Positions 9,080 through 16,597 of a DNA stretch of 17,468 nt are shown here, piece by piece; the first letter of the stretch is position 1, and each line of letters opens with the position of its first letter. A model generated the notes under the pieces. The model saw nothing but the letters and a program-made list of their open reading frames with translations, searched no databases and had not been told where the DNA came from. The position numbers and the translations under genes were made by a program. This DNA is from Promethearchaeota archaeon (lineage in GTDB: Archaea; Asgardarchaeota; Odinarchaeia; Odinarchaeales; JBHLKK01), in assembly GCA_048939465.1 (NCBI GenBank), contig JBHLPL010000035.1, forward strand, positions 1 to 17,468. The letters run 5' to 3'.

Positions 9080-9925
9080 ATGGAAAAGATCACAGTGATG
9101 TTGCCCTCTTCCTTGATTATTGATTCACCAGATCTTAGATCAAAAACTGAGAAAATCGGACACATCGGGCGTGTTTTGTCTATATATCGAATTACGAGAA
9201 TAATGCTTTACTACACTCATGAAAGCAACCATAAAAAGAACGCTCGTTTGATTTCAAGTCTGTTGGAGTATATGGAGTGTCCACAGTACTTGAGAAAGAG
9301 GTTATTCCCGTTGAGACCTGAGCTAAAGTACGTAGGCATACTTCCCCCGCTTAGGACCCCACATCATCCGACAGAGAGTAGATTAGAAGAGCTTAATGAT
9401 GGGGAATTACGGGAAGGTGTGGTTGTGAAGTCAAATAGGAATCTTTCTTTGGTAGATGTGGGCGTTGAAAGAGCAATTATGTTGAAAGAGGCAAACCTAC
9501 CTGCTGGAAAACGTGTTACCGTCAGAATAACCAGAAATGAGCAAATTCATGCAAACTACGTAAAACCGAGCACTATTGGGGAATACTGGGGATATTCAGT
9601 AAGTACCACTGGGCGATTCTTAGGAAGAAGTCTGAGAAAGATCCCATCCGATATATTAATCACAACGTCGCGGAGGGGGGTCAAAATCAATGATGTTGCT
9701 AAGGAGCTTATGAATAGCTGGCGCAAGTCTCGTAGGGTTTTATTGGTTTTTGGGGCTCCGCATCAAGGCCTAGACGAGATTTTAGGAGAAGAAGGTATTG
9801 AATTAAAGGAAGTAGCAGATTTTAATATCAACACAATTCCCAGACAAGGTACAAAGACAGTGCGAACTGAGGAGGCCGTTCAGTCTACCCTGGCAGTTTT
9901 GGACCTGCTTTCTGACATTTTTTAA
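9080..9925 (+). CDS. SPOUT-class RNA methyltransferase (COG2106/DUF171, putative uridine N3 methyltransferase)
   Basis: YMECPQYLRK, GILPPLRTPHH, FGAPHQGL, NTIPRQGTKTVRTEEA motifs. ATG at 9080 (TTG at 9077 is the alternative); GGGTGA SD. Confidence 0.9.
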   Translation: MEKITVMLPSSLIIDSPDLRSKTEKIGHIGRVLSIYRITRIMLYYTHESNHKKNARLISSLLEYMECPQYLRKRLFPLRPELKYVGILPPLRTPHHPTESRLEELNDGELREGVVVKSNRNLSLVDVGVERAIMLKEANLPAGKRVTVRITRNEQIHANYVKPSTIGEYWGYSVSTTGRFLGRSLRKIPSDILITTSRRGVKINDVAKELMNSWRKSRRVLLVFGAPHQGLDEILGEEGIELKEVADFNINTIPRQGTKTVRTEEAVQSTLAVLDLLSDIF

Positions 9926-9948
9926 GTGTTTTCTTACGAGAATATCAT

Positions 9949-10671
9949 ATGAAACAAATAAGGATTATCGTGGATAAAAGAGAACGTGTCTCAGGTATTC
10001 CAGAGTTTCTTAAGCAAGATGATATTCGGGTCTCGTTTAGGCAATTGTCTGTTGGGGATTACGTGCTTTCAGATAGATGTGCTATTGAACGCAAATCTGC
10101 TTCCGACTTCGTCTCTTCCATGTTCAGTGGAAGGCTTTTTGATCAAGTGCAGCGTTTATCTGGAGCCTATGAACTTCCCTTGATCATAATAGAAGGAGAC
10201 TTCTTCAACTCTATTCAAGTATCTGGGAGGGAGAAAGCGATATTGGGTGCAATAGCGAAAATATCAATAGAAACGCCTACAAGATTTCTGTTTACAGAAT
10301 CAAGGCAGCAGACAGCCAAACTACTTTCAACACTTGCCAATCACGAACAGATATTCCATGGATGGAGCCCGATAGTGCGGAAAAGTCCGAGACAACTAAC
10401 CGAAGATGAGATGAAGCTGTTCATCATAACAAGTTTGCCGAATGTCGGATCAAAGCTGGCTTACAGATTACTCAGGAGTTTTGGTTCTGTCAAAGGAATC
10501 ATCAATGCAACAAGTGCGGAGCTTTCCCGCGTAGAAGGCATTGGAAGAAAAAAGGCACATGCGATTGCCAAATTGATCAAAGCCCCATACAGGTTAGACA
10601 GAGACGAGGTAAAGCAGATAAAGCTCGGAGAATACGATCAGGATAAGCCAAACAAGAAATCGTATTTATAA
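9949..10671 (+). CDS. xpf: Stand-alone XPF/ERCC4 structure-specific nuclease with HhH2 domain
   Basis: IIVDKRE, GDY...IERKS..DF nuclease core, HhH motifs LPNVGSKLA and VEGIGRKKA, and a C-terminal PIP-box-like QIKLGEY (10615-10635). Confidence 0.92.
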   Translation: MKQIRIIVDKRERVSGIPEFLKQDDIRVSFRQLSVGDYVLSDRCAIERKSASDFVSSMFSGRLFDQVQRLSGAYELPLIIIEGDFFNSIQVSGREKAILGAIAKISIETPTRFLFTESRQQTAKLLSTLANHEQIFHGWSPIVRKSPRQLTEDEMKLFIITSLPNVGSKLAYRLLRSFGSVKGIINATSAELSRVEGIGRKKAHAIAKLIKAPYRLDRDEVKQIKLGEYDQDKPNKKSYL

Positions 10672-10706
10672 CAAAGTTGATGTGACTACCAAAGAGGGGG
10701 TAATGA

Positions 10707-12930
10707 ATGTCCAAAACAAAGCAGCTTGCTGAAGAAATTAGCAAGTTGATGGGTAGAAAGGAAAACATCCGAAATGTTGGAATAATAGCACATATAGATC
10801 ATGGGAAGACCACATTATCAGATTCACTTCTTGCTGCATCAGGCTTGCTCTCACCTTCATTAGCAGGAAGGATTCGCGCTTTGGATTATCTCGACGAAGA
10901 GCAGGAGCGCGGAAAGGTCTACGAGAACCTCTCGTTGCCCCGAAATAACAATAAAGTCCGCCAATATTTCGCTTCTGCACAGACTGGACAATACACGGTA
11001 CATAATTAACCTAGTTGATACACCAGGACATGTAGATTTCACTGGAAAGGTTACACGCGCACTTAGGATTATAGATGGAGCATTGATTCTAGTAGATGCT
11101 GTTGAAGGAGTAATGGTGCAGACAGAAACTGTAACACGACAGGCGCTGCAAGAACTTGTAAGACCGGTTCTGTTCATTAACAAAATAGATCGACTAATTA
11201 GAGAGCTAAGACTAGCTTCTGAGCAAATAGAAAAAAGACTTACGCAAATCATCAGTAGTTTTAACACCCTGATAGACATGTACGCAGACGAGGAATATAG
11301 AGACGCATGGAAAGTGAGTGCGTCTGGGGGATCTGTTGCATTTGGATCTGCCCTTCATAGATGGGGGTTCACAGTTCCGACGATTTCTGAACAGGACTTG
11401 AAATTCCAAGACATAATTCGATTTTATGAGAAGAACGAGGTAGATAAACTGAGTGAGATATTACCTGTGCACAGAGCAATATTCAGCATGATTGTTTACA
11501 ACTTGCCAAATCCGATAGAAGCTCAGAGATACAGGATTCCAAGAATATGGCAGGGGGCCCTTGAATCTGAAATTGGAAGTGCGATGATGAACTGTGATGA
11601 AAAGGGTCCTTCTGTTATATATGTAAACAAAGTTTTGGTGGATCCTCACGCAAAATTAATTTCCGCGGGGAGGATTTTTTCAGGAACTGTAAAGGAAGGA
11701 AGTGAAGTATACCTAGTATCTGCTGGGAAAAAGCAGAGAATACAGCAAGTCAGTATGTATATGGGGGACAGAAGAGAGGTAGTCAAAGAGGTAAGTGCAG
11801 GCAATATTGTGGGACTGCTGGGCCCAGAAACGGTGATAGGAGAGACTATTGTAGAAGCAGATTATTGGGATAAGATAGTTCCGCTTGAAGAAATTAGATA
11901 TGTCTCAGAGCCAGTGGTTACAGTAGCCCTAGAAGCGGAACTATTGAAAGATCTTCCTAGACTGGTTAAAGCGATGGAGGAACTCTCGGTTCAGGACCCT
12001 AATCTCTCAGTGATAATAAACCCTGAAACTGGCGAGTATTTGCTGTCGGGAATGGGGGAACTTCATCTGGAAATAGCAATCAAAGACATCCAAAAGACAG
12101 GGATTAGATGTCTGGCATCCACACCCACGGTGGTATATCGTGAAACTGTAAAGAAAGCAGGAAAGGTGATTACTGAGAAGAGTCTGGACGAAAAAGAGCG
12201 GGTAACAGTTTTGGTGGAGCCAATTGATGAGAAAACAGCGTCTCTTTTTGCCCAAGGAATAATATCGCCAACCAAAGATTGCAGGTATATCTCAAAGGTT
12301 CTCCGTGATAAAGCAGATTGGTCCGAAGAGGAGACGAAGAAGATATTGTCTCTCAACAAGTATGGCAACTTCCTCATGGCTAGGACAGACTTCGAAGGTC
12401 TTCCTCAGGAAACAAAGGAAATAATAGTCTCTGAAATGAACCGAATATGTTCTTCGGGGCCACTTAGCGAGGAGCCACTTAGAGGCGTCAAGATTGAATT
12501 AGTAGATCTGGAGACAAGCGGATTAACGCAGCAAAGTTCGGCCGGATCAGCTATCCTGATTAGAAATGCCACAGCTGATTCATTTCTGTCTGCCTCGCCC
12601 ACCCTGTTAGAACCAATCTATAAGATTCAAGTAAATATCCCCTCAGAATACATAGGGGTCATCACAAATTTGATGTTACAAAGAAGAGGACAGATACAAG
12701 GTATGAAACAAACGAACCATATTGCGACTATTATGGGGAGAATACCAGTAGCAGAAAGTTTCGGATTGGCAAATGAATTGAGGTCCAAAACGTCCGGTCA
12801 CGCATTTTGGCAGACGCAGTTTGAAACTTGGGAAGAAATATCCCCAAAGCTCCTGTCAAAAACAGTTGCCAGCATAAGAAGACGGAAGGGATTGCCACCA
12901 CCCACAGAAGCAGACAACAGATATTTTTGA
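10707..12930 (+). CDS. fusA: Elongation factor 2 homolog (probable divergent paralog), join(10707..10914,10946..12930), 730 aa after removing a 31-nt intron
   Basis: G1 AHIDHGKTT lies in the first ORF. G3 DTPGH, G4 NKID, SGMGELHL, GPLSEEP and ELRSKTSG lie in the next frame. Removing 31 nt rebuilds EQERGITIKSANISL and gives 2193 nt = 731 codons. Confidence 0.92.
10915..10945 (+). other. Putative BHB-type (splicing-endonuclease-dependent) intron in the EF-2 mRNA
   Basis: AGGTCTACGAGAACCTCTCGTTGCCCCGAAA. Bulge AA|A (10913-15), bulge AA|T (10944-46), central helix GCGG/CCGA (3 of 4 Watson-Crick), inner stem GGT..ACGAGA-ACC-TCTCGT..GCC. Coordinates 10913-10943 and 10914-10944 give the same spliced product; 10915-10945 fits BHB geometry best. 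Confidence 0.8.
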
Positions 12931-13004
12931 TGCGAGGTGCGGGATTCGAACCCGCGTTCCTAGCTTGGGAGGCTAAGGTCCTAACCAGACTAGACTAACC
13001 TCGC
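12931..13004 (-). tRNA. tRNA-Gly(CCC), intronless
   Basis: Minus strand GCGAGGT/ACCTCGC acceptor plus A, anticodon arm TTAGC-CTCCCAA-GCTAG (CCC at 12969-12967), T arm GCGGG-TTCGAAT-CCCGC; 74 nt. Confidence 0.96.
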
Positions 13005-13029
13005 AGGTCCAGTAGGATTATGTTTAACT

Positions 13030-13037
13030 TTTTTAAA
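13030..13037 (-). promoter_or_regulatory. TATA box of tRNA-Gly
   Basis: TTTAAAAA on the minus strand about 26 nt upstream of the tRNA 5' end. Confidence 0.55.
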
Positions 13038-13081
13038 GGATTATTGGTTTATCACCTATTCTTTTGGTTTGAGAACCAATG

Positions 13082-13089
13082 TTTTTATG
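13082..13089 (+). promoter_or_regulatory. TATA-like box of tRNA-Arg
   Basis: TTTTTATG about 25 nt upstream of the tRNA 5' end at 13113. Confidence 0.45.
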
Positions 13090-13112
13090 CAGATTCGTGA
13101 TAATATCTCAGT

Positions 13113-13218
13113 GGGCCCGTAGCGTAGTATGGATAACGCGCATGGCTTCGGATATGAGGCATTATATTCCATAGTTGAAACCATGAGATCGCAGGTTCGA
13201 ATCCTGCCGGGCCCGCCA
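13113..13218 (+). tRNA. tRNA-Arg(TCG) with a 28-nt intron at 37/38 (13152-13179); CCA encoded
   Basis: Acceptor GGGCCCG/CGGGCCC, then G and CCA. D stem GCGT/ACGC, anticodon stem CATGG/CCATG, anticodon TCG at 13148-13150, T arm GCAGG-TTCGAAT-CCTGC. Confidence 0.95.
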
Positions 13219-13259
13219 ATTTTTGAGTGTAGATATCCAGAAGCGTTTATCTTCTTCTC

Positions 13260-13469
13260 CACAAGAAGACTTCATCCAGAAGGGCGGAGACGAATTGCGA
13301 GGAGTTTAAATACTTGCTTTCACGATAGCCTTAAGGAATTGAGACGGGGTACCACTCGCCAATTCGCAAACACAAGGTTTCAGGGCAGGAACTGCCCGTG
13401 GAGCCTGTGAGACGTCCCGCTGGGGAATGGATGAAACAGGAAGCTTCATCCGAAAGGGGGGTAGTTCAC
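13260..13469 (+). mobile_element. Non-autonomous miniature IS200/IS605-family derivative (left-end hairpin, internal TATA box, tnpB-tail/omegaRNA-like segment, right end)
   Basis: Hairpin CTTCATCC-AGAA-GGGCGGAG (13270-89) and hairpin CTTCATCC-GAAA-GGGGGG (13444-61) with GAAG foot and TCAC end. GGGCAG-GAA-CTGCCC stem at 13383-97. One frame reads RAGTARGAC, like TnpB C-terminal tails. No transposase ORF. Left boundary uncertain by about 10 nt. Confidence 0.72.
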
Positions 13470-13479
13470 GAATACTAGA

Positions 13480-13899
13480 TTGTTAAAAACTGCGGCTCGC
13501 GTCTGGTTGATGGAAATCCTTGTTTCATGCTTCAATTTCTTTGTGCTCATGAACCTTATTTACGAACCGAGATGGGGCGAGCTGGTGGCACATCAAATCG
13601 GGATGTCTACTCGAATCGTCTACATCTTCATCTTTGCATATTTCTTGTTGCGATTCGTCAAGGAGTATGAAACTAAAGATTTGATTCATGCTGGGATTTT
13701 GTGGTTGGTTCTGACACTGCTATTCGAATGGGGAGGCAGTTTTGTAATAGGACGTTCAATCGAAGAAATTCTGATTGGTTGGAACATATTCGCTGGGTAT
13801 ATGTGGCCTTACGTGTTGCTGACCTATCTGTTATCAAACCTCATTGTTGGTACAATTTTGTACCCTGGTAAGAAGAGGTCAAGCCGGATGCTCAACTGA
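13480..13899 (+). CDS. Hypothetical small membrane protein (about 4 hydrophobic segments)
   Basis: 139-aa ORF with alternating hydrophobic helices; family not recognised. Confidence 0.78.
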   Translation: MLKTAARVWLMEILVSCFNFFVLMNLIYEPRWGELVAHQIGMSTRIVYIFIFAYFLLRFVKEYETKDLIHAGILWLVLTLLFEWGGSFVIGRSIEEILIGWNIFAGYMWPYVLLTYLLSNLIVGTILYPGKKRSSRMLN

Positions 13900-14188
13900 G
13901 GTAAATATCTATTTTGGACACAGCCCCCTAAGATATCCGAATAAGGACGACTAAATTGAGACTTCTGGTCATTGTGTGAGATAAGGGATTCGAGCCCCTC
14001 AACGGCAAACCGAAAGGATTATTCACGGCACATTCAAGCAAACATGTGTAACGGGGGGAATTCAAACCTAGATTTGAGTCAGTTCGGATCCGCCGACTTC
14101 TTATTGTAATAACTATATCTGCTTGAAAGACTAGTTGAAGATTAATATATTTCATCGACTAATTGCTAAGAATCGATGAGGGATTGGT

Positions 14189-16015
14189 ATGAGTCAAGTT
14201 GGGAAGGCTCCCACATTGTACGGAACTTTATTCCGACTTCCGTCCATGGGGCAACTGCTGATTATGATGGTTTCGAGTAGTTTGCTTACGGGAGTCATAG
14301 TGCAGATTGCTTTAGGAGCTTCCAATTTTCTATTTCTTGGATTGGTTGAAGGGAGTATAGTCTTCCTTGTCCCGTCAATTGTCTCTGCAGTAATTTCATA
14401 CATATTGATACATAAAGAAACCAAAATGCTGATTTTTCGGCATATGGTCGCGATATCTACATCAGCAACAATCTTATGGAATTCCATTTACATTCTTAGC
14501 GCAATATTGTCCTGGGCATTTCAAATAAACTACGTAATTGTTGACGGTTTTTTCATAGGTATGGCCCTTGCTCTTACCGTTAGGTTGCTCACATATTTCG
14601 CTCTGAGTTTTTCCGGGCCAGTCCCCGATGCAATTTCTTCCATAATTCAGCCAGGATTCAGTTTCTTGTTGGCCTATTTTTTGCCGATCACCCCCCTCGG
14701 AATTCTTCTGGGCGATTTTGCTTATTGGGTGCCTAGATTTGCTATTTCCACCATATTGATGACTTCAGCCAGTTTTGGATACATGTATCTCACAGATAGA
14801 CCCCTAAAGAAAACTGTAGGAATAGGTGGAATCTCCTTTTTGAGAGCGTTCTTATCAGAATGGGTAGTCAGCGACAGCAGTAAGATCGAGCAATACTTTG
14901 AGCGACTGGGTAAGAAGATGGATCTGCCGATATCAACAATACTCTTTAAGACGATGGACAACCGATCAAAGGCCATAACGGTAGTACCATATATTCATCC
15001 GGGACCGTTTAGAAACGTCGGTAGCAGCAATCTTCCCTCCGTCCTAATAGATGATCTGGAAAGCAAATTTGGGGCAACTACATTGGTTTTTCATGGGCCT
15101 TCAACCCATGCACATAACCTAGTTAGATCTCAGGAATGTCAAAAGGTTCTGGAGAAGGTCGAAAAGATGATAGAAGCGAATAATAACGAATTTACGCTAG
15201 CGACTCCTTTTGTTGAAGCCAAAGGTTCTGGCTGTCAAGTTAGTTGTCAGCTATTTGGTGATTTTGGTCTTTTGATAATTACATCTGCACCAGAGGATAC
15301 GGAAGACATAAAACATCAGACTGCACAACAAATAACCAAAGCGGCAAGGGAGCTTGGCATAGAACATGTCGCCATTATTGACGCACATAATGCCAAGAGC
15401 CCAGAAATGGCCAAAGAACCCATCGCCAGCGGCTCGGAAGAGGAAAAGGAATTGATTCGCGTAGTCAAAAGAGCAATATCAAAGAGCTTGACGACAAAGA
15501 AAGCACAGTTGAAGATAGGGGTTGCAAGAATTCGTCCTTCAGATGGCAGTAGACAAAAGGGCATAGGGGACAGTGGAATCATGGCGCAGATTCTGGAAGT
15601 TGGCGGACAACGTGCAGCTTATATTTTGATTGATGGAAATAATATGATCAAGGGGTTGAGGGAGAGAATACTAGAATCGTTGAAAGAAGTAGGAATTGAG
15701 AAAGCGGAGATCATGACCACAGACACGCATTCGGTTGATGCCACAACCCTTGAAGCCGGGAACGCTGTAGGAAAGAGCTATGATATTAACAAGATAGTCG
15801 AGCACGTTAAGGTAGCAACGGAACAGGCTATCGAGGACCTAGAAGTTGTGAAGGGATATGTCAGCGTCGATAAAGTGAAAGATCTCACAGTAGCTGGAGA
15901 AATAATTAGCGAGATTATTGAATCCACCGCAGTCTCTTGGAAGACTGCAAAAAGAGCATTCCCACTAATAGGAATTGCTTTTCTTCTGATACCTGTTATA
16001 TTCATGTTTTTGTGA
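14189..16015 (+). CDS. DUF2070 family membrane protein (COG3356)
   Basis: 608 aa: multi-TM N-terminus, soluble C-terminal domain with HPGPFRNVGSSNLP, HGPSTH, IDAHN, DGNNM, TTDTHSV, and a C-terminal TM helix. Confidence 0.85.
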   Translation: MSQVGKAPTLYGTLFRLPSMGQLLIMMVSSSLLTGVIVQIALGASNFLFLGLVEGSIVFLVPSIVSAVISYILIHKETKMLIFRHMVAISTSATILWNSIYILSAILSWAFQINYVIVDGFFIGMALALTVRLLTYFALSFSGPVPDAISSIIQPGFSFLLAYFLPITPLGILLGDFAYWVPRFAISTILMTSASFGYMYLTDRPLKKTVGIGGISFLRAFLSEWVVSDSSKIEQYFERLGKKMDLPISTILFKTMDNRSKAITVVPYIHPGPFRNVGSSNLPSVLIDDLESKFGATTLVFHGPSTHAHNLVRSQECQKVLEKVEKMIEANNNEFTLATPFVEAKGSGCQVSCQLFGDFGLLIITSAPEDTEDIKHQTAQQITKAARELGIEHVAIIDAHNAKSPEMAKEPIASGSEEEKELIRVVKRAISKSLTTKKAQLKIGVARIRPSDGSRQKGIGDSGIMAQILEVGGQRAAYILIDGNNMIKGLRERILESLKEVGIEKAEIMTTDTHSVDATTLEAGNAVGKSYDINKIVEHVKVATEQAIEDLEVVKGYVSVDKVKDLTVAGEIISEIIESTAVSWKTAKRAFPLIGIAFLLIPVIFMFL

Positions 16016-16052
16016 GAGAAATCGAGGTTTTCCACTGTGGATTAGGATTGTC

Positions 16053-16385
16053 CTAGAGGCGGACAAAATAATTTTTGATTTCATCCCAAACCTCTTTTCT
16101 CAATCGCAAAATATCGTGGATTTCAACTTCTTCAGCTTCTTTGACCACATTTCTGAGTTGAATAACACTACCGACAGCCACAACATTTTCTATATCAACG
16201 GGAAATTCTACATCAAGACCTTTTATGATCAGTTCTGCCTTAAAATTAGGAATGCTAACTCTTAAGCTGCGAACAATTCCAATACGTCTGGCCTTGCTAT
16301 CAACAACCTCTTTTCCTAGGACGTATCCCGGCATTCTCAGCTCATAGAATTCGGTTTCTAGTTTTAGGGACTCTTCCTCTGTCAA
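16053..16385 (-). CDS. PRC-barrel-like domain protein
   Basis: LGKEVVDSKARRIGIVRSL...VAVGSVIQL resembles the PRC-barrel pattern. TTG start with GGAGT SD. Confidence 0.65.
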   Translation of the reverse strand: MTEEESLKLETEFYELRMPGYVLGKEVVDSKARRIGIVRSLRVSIPNFKAELIIKGLDVEFPVDIENVVAVGSVIQLRNVVKEAEEVEIHDILRLRKEVWDEIKNYFVRL

Positions 16386-16597
16386 TTTTGACTACTCCGA
16401 ACTACTTTTTGTTCTTCCAACGCGTCTTAAACATTTCCTATTAGAACTAAAGGCATATATTTAATATTAATTTGTCTAGGGGATATGGGTTTCTTGTTAA
16501 TATAGAATTATAGAATATAGGATAGTCAGTAATTTAGAGTCGGGCAGATATAGTATCGAAGGATAAAGCTTGAATTATGCCACATGGAGAAATGTGA

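Noticed and set aside
10915-10945. Group I/II intron or intein in EF-2
   Set aside because: 31 nt is far too short for a ribozyme, and it is not a multiple of 3, so it cannot be an intein.
10707-12930. EF-2 as a pseudogene, sequencing frameshift or programmed ribosomal frameshift
   Set aside because: The lesion is a discrete 31-nt structured insert, not a 1-nt indel. A ribosomal frameshift would leave about 10 extra residues inside RGITI, and the rest of the gene shows no decay. Mis-assembly still needs a read check.
11083-12930. Independent 615-aa ORF starting at TTG 11083
   Set aside because: It would lack G1-G3 of the GTPase domain. The frame is open upstream to 10945 and encodes ITIKSANISL...DTPGH.
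13056-13410. ORFs 13056..13262 (-) and 13129..13410 (+)
   Set aside because: They overlap tRNA-Arg and the mini IS element and have no protein features.
13373-13472. Functional tnpB coding remnant
   Set aside because: The RAGTARGAC frame has a stop at 13340-13342 upstream and no RuvC or Zn-ribbon residues; only the RNA-encoding tail remains.
14004-14020. c-di-GMP-I riboswitch-like GGCAAACC-GAAA-GG
   Set aside because: The following conserved GACGCAAAGC segment and second stem are absent.
138-16035. Remaining short ORFs in the track that overlap the called genes
   Set aside because: They are antisense or alternate-frame shadows of well-supported genes with no recognisable motifs.
16496-16525. 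Short ATAGAAT repeats between the PRC-barrel gene and the helicase
   Set aside because: Two to three copies of a 7-mer in an AT-rich divergent promoter region are expected by chance. No CRISPR-like repeat-spacer array was seen anywhere in the window.
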